In this document: piece after piece, positions 1-8,873 of the stretch
Layout: each line of letters opens with the position of its first letter
How positions within the stretch are numbered: the first letter of the stretch is position 1
NCBI RefSeq assembly: GCF_013149785.1
Contig: NZ_JABEZU010000003.1
Span: forward strand, 248,001 to 312,000
From: Isoptericola halotolerans
Lineage (GTDB): Bacteria > Actinomycetota > Actinomycetes > Actinomycetales > Cellulomonadaceae
DNA: 64,000 nt
Direction of reading: 5' to 3'
Notes under the pieces: model-generated
What the model was told of the DNA's origin: nothing
Databases searched by the model: none
Seen by the model: only the letters and a program-made list of their open reading frames with translations
Position numbers and translations under genes: made by a program

Positions 1-209
1 ACGCCCGGCGAGTCGTCGACGTCGAACCGGAAACCCTCGATGTCCGTCGCGTCGCCCCCTTCGCTCTGCAGGCGCCACACGTAGCCCGGTGAGCTCTCGG
101 CGAGGTGGTTCACCGGTGCCAGCAGGTCGACGAAGCCGGCGAGCGCCTCGCTGTCCAGCGGGGCCAGCAGGCGGGCGACGTTGACCTGGGCGAGCTCGAA
201 CGACGACAT
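1..209 (-). CDS. DUF3291-family protein (N-terminal part; runs off the left edge)
   Basis: Manual translation from ATG at 209 gives MSSFELAQVNVARLLAPLDSEALAGFVDLLAPVNHLAESSPGYVWRLQSEGGDATDI, a typical DUF3291 N-terminus. Not in the ORF track. Confidence 0.75.
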   Translation of the reverse strand, partial: MSSFELAQVNVARLLAPLDSEALAGFVDLLAPVNHLAESSPGYVWRLQSEGGDATDIEGFRFDVDDSPG

Positions 210-281
210 GGGCGCGATCCTGGCACAGCGGCGCCGCTGGCACCACGCCCGGTGTCCGGTACGGCGCTCGCGCCCGGCCGT

Positions 282-1724
282 TCAGGACCGGTCGCGGTCC
301 TGGGCGGCGAACCACGTCACGGCGAGCACGCAGGCGTCGTCACGGCGCGTCGACCCGGTGGCGGTGACCTGTGCCCGCAGGGCCTCACCGGCCGGAGGCC
401 GGCGCACGGTGCGCGCCAGGTGCGCCAGCCCGTCGGGCAACGCCTGGTCGCGCCGCTCGACCACCCCGTCGGTGTACAGCAGGACCGCGTCGCCCGGTGC
501 GAGCCGTACCTGGCCCTGCCCGCGGGGTGGACCGACCTGCCCCGGGTGCGCCCCGAGCGGGGTCGATCGACCGTCCCACAGGTACTCGACGGCGTCGCGA
601 CCGACCCGCAGCGGCGGCAGGTGGCCGGCACAGGCGTAGGAGAGCACACCGCTGCCGGTGTCGAGCTCGGCGTAGACGAGGGTCGAGCCGAAACCCACCT
701 GCCGGTCCACGACGAACCGGTCGACCAGGTCGAGCACCTGAGCCGGACCGAGGTCGGGGCCTGCCAGCGCCCGGGTCGCCGTGCGCAGCTGGCCCATCGT
801 GGTCGCGGCCGCCAGACCGCTGCCGACCACGTCGCCCACGACGACGGCCAGGGTGGTCGGGTCGACCCAGAACGCGTCGTACCAGTCGCCGCCGACCTCC
901 ATGCCGCTGTCGGCGGGGACGTACTGCGCCGAGACGACGACGTCGTGACGGCGCGGGAGGTCGACCGTGAGCATGGCGTGCTGCAGCTCGTGGGCCACCG
1001 ACATGCTCCGCTCGTGCAGCAGCGCACGGTCCAGCGCCACCCCGCCCTGCTGAGCGATCGTGGCCAGGGCGTCGATGTCCAGCGGCGGGTCGGCGGGACG
1101 GCCCCGCACGCCCACGACCAGGTCACCGTGCGAGCCGGCGGCACCGACGACCGCGACCGTCAGGTCCCCTTGCGGCCCGCGGCGCACCCCACCGGCGGCG
1201 GCCACCGGCCGTTCGAGGGCCACGTCGGCCACCCCCGGGTGCGAACCGACGGCCGCCAGCAGCGCGGCACGGACCTGGTCACCCCCGGCGGCGTGCGACA
1301 GCGCGGCCGTGGCCTGCTGCACCCAGCGCAGACGCTCGGCCGACCGCTCGGCCGTCTCCCGGGCGCGCACCAGCTGCTGCTCGAACTCCGCCCGACGACG
1401 CACCGCCAGCACCGCGACGTCGATCCCGCTCGGCGTGACCGCCGCCGTGAGCAGTGCCGGCAGGGGTCCGTCGGGGGTGCGCACCTCGATGCGCACGGCC
1501 TCGACGCGACCGGTCAGCGTCAGGGTGGGCGTCACGTGCGTGTCCCAGTAGATGCGTCCGCCCACGGTGAGCAGGTCGCCGATCCTGCGTCCGGTCACCT
1601 CGTGGGCAGCGCCGTCCGGCCCCGCTGCCCAGGCGACGAACGTGTCGTTCGCCCGCAGCACGTGGCCGTCCGTGTCCAGGTGCAGCAGGCCCAGCGGCGC
1701 CGTCGACCAGGCGTCGGTGCTCAT
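282..1724 (-). CDS. PAS-domain SpoIIE/PP2C-family phosphatase (RsbP-like)
   Basis: N-terminal PAS-like segment (LLTVGGRIYWDTHVTP) and SpoIIE motifs VGGDWYD, VGDVVGSG, CAGHLPP, LYTDGVVE, DDACVL. ATG at 1724 overlaps the upstream stop (ATGA). Confidence 0.85.
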   Translation of the reverse strand: MSTDAWSTAPLGLLHLDTDGHVLRANDTFVAWAAGPDGAAHEVTGRRIGDLLTVGGRIYWDTHVTPTLTLTGRVEAVRIEVRTPDGPLPALLTAAVTPSGIDVAVLAVRRRAEFEQQLVRARETAERSAERLRWVQQATAALSHAAGGDQVRAALLAAVGSHPGVADVALERPVAAAGGVRRGPQGDLTVAVVGAAGSHGDLVVGVRGRPADPPLDIDALATIAQQGGVALDRALLHERSMSVAHELQHAMLTVDLPRRHDVVVSAQYVPADSGMEVGGDWYDAFWVDPTTLAVVVGDVVGSGLAAATTMGQLRTATRALAGPDLGPAQVLDLVDRFVVDRQVGFGSTLVYAELDTGSGVLSYACAGHLPPLRVGRDAVEYLWDGRSTPLGAHPGQVGPPRGQGQVRLAPGDAVLLYTDGVVERRDQALPDGLAHLARTVRRPPAGEALRAQVTATGSTRRDDACVLAVTWFAAQDRDRS

Positions 1725-2548
1725 CTTGGCGGGTGCGGGCCGGGCGGGCCGCCCAGGTAGTCCAGCACGGCCGCCGTGAGCACCTCGGGCGCGCTGAGCT
1801 GTGGGCAGTGACCCACGGCGTCGATCAGGACGAACTGCGAGCCGGCCAGGTGCTCGTGGACGTAGCGGCCCACCTCCACCGGCGCGATGACGTCCTCGCG
1901 GCACTGCACGACCAGGCTCGGGACGTGCACCCGTGCCAGGTCGGCCCGGTTGTCCGACAGGAACGTCGCGCGAGCGAACGCGCGGGCCACCTGCGGGTCG
2001 GTACGGCGGAAGGAGTCGGTCAGCTCGGCGCCCAGTTCGGGGCGGTCCGGGTTGCCGACGATCACCGGGGCCATCGCGTCCGACCAGGCCAGGTAGTTCG
2101 ACTCGAGGGTCTCGAGCAGCTCGTCGATCTCCGCGGCGCTGAACCCCCCGCGGTAGCCGTCGTCGTCCAGGTAGCGAGGGCTGGGCCCCACGAGCACCAG
2201 CCGCTCCACCAGGTCCGGGCGCCGGTCGGCCACCAGCAGCACGACCGTGGCGCTGACGGAGTGCCCGACCAGCACCGCAGGGCCGAGCCGGAGGTCCTCG
2301 AGCAGGGCAACCATGTCGTCGGCGTACCCCTCCAGGGAGGCGTGCCGGTCAGGGTCGAAGGTGCTCGGGTGGGCACCGCCCGCCCCGGCGTGGTCGAACA
2401 GCACGACCCGGTGGTCCACGGCGAACGCGTCGACCACGCGGTGCCACATCGTCTGGTCACAGCCCAGGCCGTGTGCGAGCACCAGGGGGGTGCCGTCGGG
2501 CGGGCCGACGACATGCACGTTGTGGAGTGCGCCAGGACTCACGCGCAC
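1721..2548 (-). CDS. rsbQ: RsbQ/KAI2-like alpha/beta hydrolase
   Basis: Motifs HGLGCDQTMW, GHSVSA, PSPRYLDD, YRGGF, GHCPQLSAP; coupled to the PAS phosphatase as in rsbQP. Confidence 0.85.
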   Translation of the reverse strand: MRVSPGALHNVHVVGPPDGTPLVLAHGLGCDQTMWHRVVDAFAVDHRVVLFDHAGAGGAHPSTFDPDRHASLEGYADDMVALLEDLRLGPAVLVGHSVSATVVLLVADRRPDLVERLVLVGPSPRYLDDDGYRGGFSAAEIDELLETLESNYLAWSDAMAPVIVGNPDRPELGAELTDSFRRTDPQVARAFARATFLSDNRADLARVHVPSLVVQCREDVIAPVEVGRYVHEHLAGSQFVLIDAVGHCPQLSAPEVLTAAVLDYLGGPPGPHPPR

Positions 2549-2630
2549 ACCCTAGTGGCCGCCCGGCGCCCCGCGCACGGGGGCGGGGTGGCCGCTGCAC
2601 CAGCACGGTGCCGTCGGGCAGGATGGCGCG

Positions 2631-3164
2631 GTGCACATCACCCAGGAGTCACCCGCCGCCCCGGACGTCCGCGCCCTGCTCGACGAGCACCTGTCCGACA
2701 TGTTCGCCACCTCTCCCCCGGAGTCGGTGCACGCCCTGGACCTGACCGCCCTGACCGCCGCCCACGTCACGTTCCTGACCGCCCGCGCCCACGACGGGCA
2801 GCTGCTCGGCTGCGGTGCGCTCAGCGAGCTGACGGCCACGGCCCCGGGTGCACCGGGGCACGGGGAGCTGAAGTCCATGCGCACCGCGCACGCGGCCCGC
2901 GGACGCGGGGTCGCCACGGCGGTGCTCGAGCGGCTGCTCGGCCTGGCCGCCGAGCGCCGGTATGCCCGGGTCAGCCTGGAGACCGGGACCGAGGAGTACT
3001 TCGCCCCGGCGCGGCGGCTCTACGCCCGCCACGGGTTCGTCGAGTGCGGCCCGTTCGCCGACTACGTCACCGACCCGCACAGCGTGTTCATGACGCTGTG
3101 CCCGGTCGCCCCCGCCGCGGGTGCCGCCCCGGGGCACGGCCGGGCGCGGACGGCCGAACGCTGA
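2631..3164 (+). CDS. GNAT-family N-acetyltransferase (YedL/YsnE-like)
   Basis: SPPESVHALD, GELKSMRT, RGRGVA, SLETG, LYARHGFVECGPFADY. Confidence 0.85.
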   Translation: MHITQESPAAPDVRALLDEHLSDMFATSPPESVHALDLTALTAAHVTFLTARAHDGQLLGCGALSELTATAPGAPGHGELKSMRTAHAARGRGVATAVLERLLGLAAERRYARVSLETGTEEYFAPARRLYARHGFVECGPFADYVTDPHSVFMTLCPVAPAAGAAPGHGRARTAER

Positions 3165-3210
3165 ACGACCTTGCAGGTCAGCGGCTTGCTCCGAGCGCTA
3201 GGGTCGGCCC

Positions 3211-4665
3211 ATGGCCTACACCGAGAAGCGCGGCACGCGGGGCGGGACGACCTCCTACGTCGGGCGCTTCCGCGTGGACGGCCGGCTGCGCAGCACCCGC
3301 GCCTTCCGGTCCCGGCGCGACGCACTGGCCGAGGCACGTCGCGCCGAGGAGGCGGGAAAGCTCGGCACCTGGGTGGACCCGCGCGGGTCGGCGATCGCCC
3401 TGACCGCTTGGTTCGATCAGTGGCAGAAGGGCCGGGCCGATCGTGCGCCGCGCACCCTGGAGTCGGAGCGTGAGCGGTTCCGCTCCCTGGTGGCACCCAC
3501 GTTCGGTGACTCGGCGCTGCGACGCATCACGCACGAGGACGTCACGCGCTGGGCCGCCGGGATGCGGGCACCCCGCACCGGCGAGGTGGCCTCCCCGGCC
3601 CGGCGACGCGACGCCGTCCGGCTGCTCGTGGCCCTGCTCGACGCCGCCGTCGACGCGCGCCGACTCACCGCGAACCCTGCCCGCACGCCCTCGGGCCGGG
3701 TCCCCGGGCTCCCCCGGGCGCCGAGGACCAAGGCGCACCGCTACCTCAGCCACGAGCAGCTGCGCCGGGTCGCCGACGCCGCGCGGAGCCACCAGGGACG
3801 CACCCTGATCCTCCTGGCCGGGCTGACCGGGCTGCGCTGGGGCGAGCTGTCCGCGCTGCGCACCGGCGACGTCGACCTGCTGCGCCGGCGCATCACGGTC
3901 GAACGGGCCTACACCCGGCTCGACGACGGCACGCTGCTGCTCGGGGACACCAAGACGCACGCCCGCCGGGAGGTGCCGGTGCCCGGGGCGCTCGCCGCCG
4001 ACCTGTCCGTGCTGCTGGCTGCCCGAGGTGCCGGCCTGCTGTTCGTGGGGCGGGACGGCGGACCGCTGCGCCGCGAGAGCTTCGACCGCAGCGCCTTCCG
4101 TCCCGCGGTGCGAGCCGCGGGCGGTGCGGTCACGACGTTGCAGGAGCTGCTCGGGGTTCGCCTGACGCGGGTCGTGGACGCGGCGACCCTGGACGCGGTG
4201 CGTCGTGTCCAGGGTCAGGCCGGGCTGGCGGACACCGGCGTGGTCGATCCCGGCACCTGGGAGGTGCTGGCCGTCGAGGACCGGCGACGTCGCGACGCCC
4301 TGACCCGCGCTGCGAAGATCGCCCGGACACACCGGCTGGACGTCGCGTCCCGGCTCACCCTGGGCGCCGGGGCGGAGGACTTCGAGCCGCTGACCCTGCA
4401 CGACCTGCGTCACACGGCTGCCTCGCTGGCCATCGCCGGCGGCGCGAGCGTCAAGGCCGTCCAGCGCATGCTCGGCCACGAGTCGCCGGTGCTGACGCTG
4501 CGCACCTACGCCGGCCTCTTCGAGGACGATCTCGACCGGTTGGGCGAGGCGATGTCCGCGCAGTTCACGGCGCAGGACTTTGCAGCCGATGCTCACCAGA
4601 CGCTCACCCCGAGCCAGGTACCGACGCCTGGCGTGATCGATCTTCCGCGCATCGTAGCGCGCTGA
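3211..4665 (+). CDS. Tyrosine recombinase/integrase with an internal insertion
   Basis: Arm-binding-like N-terminus; catalytic motifs TGLRWGEL, TKT, LHDLRHT, LGH and TLRTYA all present. About 90 extra aa lie before the HxxR motif. Confidence 0.9.
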   Translation: MAYTEKRGTRGGTTSYVGRFRVDGRLRSTRAFRSRRDALAEARRAEEAGKLGTWVDPRGSAIALTAWFDQWQKGRADRAPRTLESERERFRSLVAPTFGDSALRRITHEDVTRWAAGMRAPRTGEVASPARRRDAVRLLVALLDAAVDARRLTANPARTPSGRVPGLPRAPRTKAHRYLSHEQLRRVADAARSHQGRTLILLAGLTGLRWGELSALRTGDVDLLRRRITVERAYTRLDDGTLLLGDTKTHARREVPVPGALAADLSVLLAARGAGLLFVGRDGGPLRRESFDRSAFRPAVRAAGGAVTTLQELLGVRLTRVVDAATLDAVRRVQGQAGLADTGVVDPGTWEVLAVEDRRRRDALTRAAKIARTHRLDVASRLTLGAGAEDFEPLTLHDLRHTAASLAIAGGASVKAVQRMLGHESPVLTLRTYAGLFEDDLDRLGEAMSAQFTAQDFAADAHQTLTPSQVPTPGVIDLPRIVAR

Positions 4666-4710
4666 CCTGCGCACACAGCATCCACCGACCCTTCAGTGGT
4701 TTCTTGACGC

Positions 4711-4789
4711 ACCCGCTTTGGAAAAGCGGGTGACGGTAGAACAACCAGGAGAGTAGGAGTAGTTTGTGCAGACTTCTCCTCTTCCTCCT
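4711..4789. repeat. Two inverted repeats in the integrase-kfrA spacer
   Basis: ACCCGCTTT-GGA-AAAGCGGGT (4711-4731) and an imperfect AGGAG..AGGAG-T-AGTTTG/CAGACT-T-CTCCT..CTCCT (4747-4789). Confidence 0.65.
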
Positions 4790-4799
4790 AGCGGCGGGC

Positions 4800-5813
4800 G
4801 TGACAGTGACCGAGACGATCGAGACGACCGGGGCCACAGAACCGGCAGAGCCAGCAGCTGGTCCCCCAGAGCCCGAGACGCAGCAGGTGCCGGTCACCGC
4901 GCGTGACCGGGTGTACGCCGCCGCCGAAGCCCTCGTGGCGGAGGACGCCGCGGTCACCGTCACGACCGTGCGCGAGCGCGCCGGCTGCTCCAACGCCGTC
5001 GCGACCACCTACCTGCGCCGCTGGCGCGAGGACCGGGCCGCTGCCGAGGCGGAGGCGTCGCGGCTGCCTGCGCTCCCCCGCGGCGTCGGGCTGCTCGTCG
5101 AGCGAGGGGTCACGGCACTCTGGGCCGAGGCGGTCCGGTCGGCCCGCACCGAGCACACCGCCGAGCTGGCCACCGCTCGCGAGCAGCTGGCCACCGCTCG
5201 CGACGACGCCGGCCGCCTCGCCGCTCTGCTGGACGGCGCAGAGGCCGAGCAGGCGACGGTCCGCACCGACCTGGCGGCCACCCGCGCCGACGCCGAGAAC
5301 CTCGCTGCGCGGCTGGAGGCGGCGAGCACCGCGCGCGACGAGGCCCGGGCCGAGGCCGCCCAGGCCGTCGGGCGGGCCGCGGCGTCGGACGCGCAGCATG
5401 ACCAGGCCCGCACGGAGATCGCCGACCTGCGCGCCCGCCTCACCGAGGCGGAGCGGGACCGCGCCGCACAGGCCGAGGCCCGCGCCCAGGCACAGGGTGC
5501 GGCCGAGGGCACCCGCGAGGCGCTGGTCGAGGCGCGGGCCACGCTGGAGCATGCCCGCGCCGCCAGCCTGCGTGCTCAGGAGGACCGGGCTCAGGCCGAC
5601 GCCGAGCGCGCCGCGGCGCTGGCAGCCGTCGCGCGGCTGGAGGGCGAGACCGCCGCGCTGCGGGGTGAGCTGCAGGCCGCGCGGGAGCAGGCCGCGCGGG
5701 CGGAGCGTGAGCGCGCCACCGAGGCGGCAGCCCGCGCCCAGGCCGAGGGCGAGGCGGCGGGGCTGCGCCAGGTGCTCGAGTCCCGGCCCGCCGACGCCCC
5801 GGGCCGGGACTGA
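4800..5813 (+). CDS. KfrA_N/TnpT-like DNA-binding coiled-coil protein
   Basis: TARDRVYAAAEALVAEDAAVTVTTVRERAGCSNAVATTYLRRWRE resembles the KfrA N-terminal HTH and is followed by a long Ala/Glu/Arg coiled coil. Start uncertain (GTG 4800 or 4806). Confidence 0.75.
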   Translation: MTVTETIETTGATEPAEPAAGPPEPETQQVPVTARDRVYAAAEALVAEDAAVTVTTVRERAGCSNAVATTYLRRWREDRAAAEAEASRLPALPRGVGLLVERGVTALWAEAVRSARTEHTAELATAREQLATARDDAGRLAALLDGAEAEQATVRTDLAATRADAENLAARLEAASTARDEARAEAAQAVGRAAASDAQHDQARTEIADLRARLTEAERDRAAQAEARAQAQGAAEGTREALVEARATLEHARAASLRAQEDRAQADAERAAALAAVARLEGETAALRGELQAAREQAARAERERATEAAARAQAEGEAAGLRQVLESRPADAPGRD

Positions 5814-6664
5814 TGGCCGCCGCGCAGGCCGGCGGCCCGCAGCTCGACCGGCGGTTCATCTGGCGAGGGCGGGAGATCGCCTGGACGGCGTTCGGTTCCG
5901 GTCCGCCCCTGGTGTTCTGCCACGGGACACCGTGGTCGTCGTGGCTGTGGGCGCCCTACGCCCGTGCCCTGTCCACCGAGTTCACCGTCCACCTGTGGGA
6001 CATGCCGGGGTACGGCGCCTCGTCCAAGGCGCCCGAGCACGACGTCGACCTCGGCACCCAGGGACTGGCGTTCGCCGCACTCCTCGACCACTGGGCCCTC
6101 GACTCGCCCCACGTCGTCGCCCATGACTACGGCGGCGCGGTGTCCCTGCGCGCCCACCTCCTGCACGGACGGCCGTACGCGTCGCTGTGCCTGGTCGACG
6201 TGGTCGCCCTGCGCCCGTGGGGCTCGCCGTACTTCTCCCTCGTGGCCGAGCACGCCGACACCTTCGGCCGGCTGCCGGCGCCCGTGCACCTCGGCGCGCT
6301 CGAGGCGTACGTCGCCGGCGCCAGCCACCGCGGGCTGCGTCCCGAGGAGACCGCGGCGCTCGTCGACCCGTGGCGCGACACCGCCGGGCAGGCCGCGTTC
6401 TACCGGCAGATCGCCCAGGCAGACGAGCGCTTCACCGCCGAGCTCGAACCGCTCCTCGGTGAGATCACCGTGCCCACGCACGTCGTCTGGGGCGAGGAGG
6501 ACACCTGGATCCCCGCGGACCGGGCCGATCGGCTGGCCGCCGCGCTCGGCGGCACCAGTGTCACGCTCGTGCCCGACGCCGGTCACCTGATCCAGCTCGA
6601 CGCGCCCGTCGCGCTGGCCACCGAGCTGCACCGGTGGCTGACGCGCGTCGAGGCCGCGCGCTGA
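5813..6664 (+). CDS. Alpha/beta hydrolase (epoxide hydrolase/dehalogenase-like, Asp nucleophile)
   Basis: HGTPWSS, DMPGYGAS, AHDYGG, WGEEDTWIP, AGHLIQLD; start overlaps the upstream stop (TGATG). Confidence 0.85.
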   Translation: MAAAQAGGPQLDRRFIWRGREIAWTAFGSGPPLVFCHGTPWSSWLWAPYARALSTEFTVHLWDMPGYGASSKAPEHDVDLGTQGLAFAALLDHWALDSPHVVAHDYGGAVSLRAHLLHGRPYASLCLVDVVALRPWGSPYFSLVAEHADTFGRLPAPVHLGALEAYVAGASHRGLRPEETAALVDPWRDTAGQAAFYRQIAQADERFTAELEPLLGEITVPTHVVWGEEDTWIPADRADRLAAALGGTSVTLVPDAGHLIQLDAPVALATELHRWLTRVEAAR

Positions 6665-6679
6665 CCTGCCGCTGACGGC

Positions 6680-7210
6680 TCAGTACCAGCTCGCCCGCAC
6701 GTGCTCGAAGATCAGGTTCGTCTCGGTCAGGGCGACCCCCGGGTTCGCCGACAGGTTCTCGATGACGAAGTCGTTCAGCCCGTCCGAGTCCGGAGCCGCG
6801 ACATGGACGAAGAAGTCGTGCGCGCCGCCGAGCAGGTAGACGTTCATCACGCCCGGCAGCTCGGCGAGCTCGCGCAGGAACGCCTTGAGCCGGGAGCGGG
6901 CGGCGCCGTGCATCCGCACCGCGACGATCGCCTGCAGGGGTCGGCCCGCCAGCGCGGGGTCGACGTCCGCGTGGAAGCCTCGCAGGACGCCCTCGTCACG
7001 CAGGCGCCGCACCCGGGCCAGGCAGGTCGACGGCGCGATCCCGACCTTCTGGGCCAGGGCGTTGTTCGCCAGTCGGGCGTCCTCGGCCAGCGCCGCGAGC
7101 AGTCGGTGGTCGACGTCGTCGAGCCGCACGTGCACCAACGGTCGGCGTTCCAGGCCCGACTGGCCGCCCACGCGAGTCCGAAGATCGTTCGAGCGCGGCG
7201 CCTTCTCCAC
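6680..7210 (-). CDS. aldR: Lrp/AsnC-family regulator of alanine dehydrogenase
   Basis: LDDVDHRLLAALAEDARLANNALAQKVGIAPSTCLARVRRL ... TETNLIFEH; divergent from ald. Start approximate. Confidence 0.85.
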   Translation of the reverse strand: MEKAPRSNDLRTRVGGQSGLERRPLVHVRLDDVDHRLLAALAEDARLANNALAQKVGIAPSTCLARVRRLRDEGVLRGFHADVDPALAGRPLQAIVAVRMHGAARSRLKAFLRELAELPGVMNVYLLGGAHDFFVHVAAPDSDGLNDFVIENLSANPGVALTETNLIFEHVRASWY

Positions 7211-7262
7211 GCCTCGTCCTGAAGAAGCAGGCAACATAGCGCCAATCTACCGAATAATCATC
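7180..7262. promoter_or_regulatory. Putative AldR boxes (GA-N7-TC)
   Basis: GAAGATCGTTC at 7180-7190 and GAATAATCATC at 7252-7262 fit the mycobacterial AldR consensus and lie upstream of ald. Confidence 0.5.
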
Positions 7263-7371
7263 GGAGTGCGTGCACGGCGCCGAACGGAAGCATCACACTG
7301 GTGGTGAGCGCCGTCACACCCTGACGCGCCCACGGCAGCTCGTACCCGAGCCCGAGCAAAGGCGGCACACC

Positions 7372-8484
7372 ATGGACATCGCGGTCCCCAGGGAAGTCAA
7401 GAACCACGAGTACCGGGTGGCGATCACCCCGGCCGGGGTGCACGAGCTCACGGCGCACCGCCATCGCGTGCACGTGCAGTCGGGCGCGGGGCTCGGCGCC
7501 GGTGTGACCGACGAGGAGTACGAGGCCGCGGGCGCAGTGATCACCGCCGACGCCGACGCCACCTGGGCCGCCGGGGAGATGGTGCTCAAGGTCAAGGAGC
7601 CCGTGGCCGAGGAGTACCACCGTCTGCGGTCCGACCAGGTGCTGTTCACCTACCTGCACCTGGCGGCGGACAAGGCGCTCACCGACGAGCTCCTGGCCCG
7701 CCGCGTCACGGCGATCGCGTACGAGACGGTCCAGACGACCTCCGGTGCCCTGCCCCTGCTCGCCCCGATGTCCGAGGTGGCCGGCCGGTTGGCCACCCAG
7801 GTCGGCGCCGCCACGTTGCTCAAGGCGGCCGGGGGCAGCGGGGTGCTGCTCGGCGGGGTCCCCGGGGTTGCTTCCGGGCACGTCGTCGTCATCGGTGCCG
7901 GCGTGGCCGGGATGAACGCCGCCCGCATCGCCGTCGGGATGGGGGCGAGGGTCACCGTGCTGGACACCGACGCCGACGTCCTGCGTGCCGCGGACCGCGA
8001 GCTCGGCGGTCGGGTGCAGACGCTCGCCTCGAACCGCCTCACGCTCGCCCACGCCGTGCTGGAGGCCGACCTCGTCGTCGGAGCCGTCCTGGTCGCGGGC
8101 GCCAAGGCGCCCGTCCTCGTGCCCGACGACCTGGTGTCCCGCATGCGTCCCGGCTCCGTGCTCGTCGACATCGCCATCGACCAGGGCGGCTGCTTCGAGG
8201 GCTCACGTCCCACCACGCACGAGCAGCCCACCTATCCCGTGCACGACTGCATCTTCTACTGCGTCGCCAACATGCCCGGCGCCGTCCCCCGGACCTCGAC
8301 CTACGCCCTGACCAACGTCACCCTCCCCTACGTGGGCGCGCTGGCCGACCACGGCTGGCGTGGCGCGTTGCGGGCCGACGCGACGCTCACCCACGGCCTC
8401 AACACCCACGACGGGGCCGTCACCCAGGCCGGCGTCGCCGAGGCGCACGGCCTCGAGCAGGTTCCCGTCGACGAGGTCCTGTGA
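7372..8484 (+). CDS. ald: Alanine dehydrogenase
   Basis: MDIAVPREVKNHEYRVAITPAGV, LKVKEP, FTYLHLAA, PMSEVAGR, DIAIDQGGCFE, YCVANMPGAVP. Confidence 0.97.
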   Translation: MDIAVPREVKNHEYRVAITPAGVHELTAHRHRVHVQSGAGLGAGVTDEEYEAAGAVITADADATWAAGEMVLKVKEPVAEEYHRLRSDQVLFTYLHLAADKALTDELLARRVTAIAYETVQTTSGALPLLAPMSEVAGRLATQVGAATLLKAAGGSGVLLGGVPGVASGHVVVIGAGVAGMNAARIAVGMGARVTVLDTDADVLRAADRELGGRVQTLASNRLTLAHAVLEADLVVGAVLVAGAKAPVLVPDDLVSRMRPGSVLVDIAIDQGGCFEGSRPTTHEQPTYPVHDCIFYCVANMPGAVPRTSTYALTNVTLPYVGALADHGWRGALRADATLTHGLNTHDGAVTQAGVAEAHGLEQVPVDEVL

Positions 8485-8506
8485 CGCCCCCACCGGTGGG
8501 GGCGTC
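8483..8506 (+). terminator. Palindromic hairpin after ald
   Basis: GACGCCCCCACCGGTGGGGGCGTC is a perfect palindrome at the ald stop, between convergent genes. Confidence 0.6.
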
Positions 8507-8527
8507 GCCCGGGAGACGGTCGCGACG

Positions 8528-8824
8528 TCAGGACGCCAGGGCGTGCCCGACGGCGCGCACCAGGCCGCTGGTGCTCACGGCACCACGGCGGTAGCGCTCG
8601 GCCGCCACGGTGAGGGCCTCGGCGACGTGCGGGCGCACGCCGGCCGTCTCGGGGCGCCACACGTCACGGTCGAAGACGGCTGTCCGACGGGCAGGACCGC
8701 GACGCAGTCGCCCGGCCAGAGGTTCGACGGCCGCGGCCACCTGCCGGCGGGCCACCATCGGACCTCGATACCTGGCGCCCGGGTTCCATCGCTGGTCAGG
8801 TCGGGTGCCGCCGTCGTCGGTCAT
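8528..8824 (-). CDS. Small hypothetical protein (98 aa)
   Basis: ATG preceded by a purine-rich AAGGATGGGGAC; fills the gap downstream of galE; no recognisable motif. Confidence 0.4.
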   Translation of the reverse strand: MTDDGGTRPDQRWNPGARYRGPMVARRQVAAAVEPLAGRLRRGPARRTAVFDRDVWRPETAGVRPHVAEALTVAAERYRRGAVSTSGLVRAVGHALAS

Positions 8825-8873
8825 GTCCCCATCCTTGCGCCCGGGGTCGACGGCGCGCAAGCGGTCGACGCCC

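Noticed and set aside
5164..5203. 21-nt tandem duplication in the kfrA-like gene
   Set aside because: It encodes a coiled-coil heptad repeat (ELATARE/QLATARD) and is not an array.
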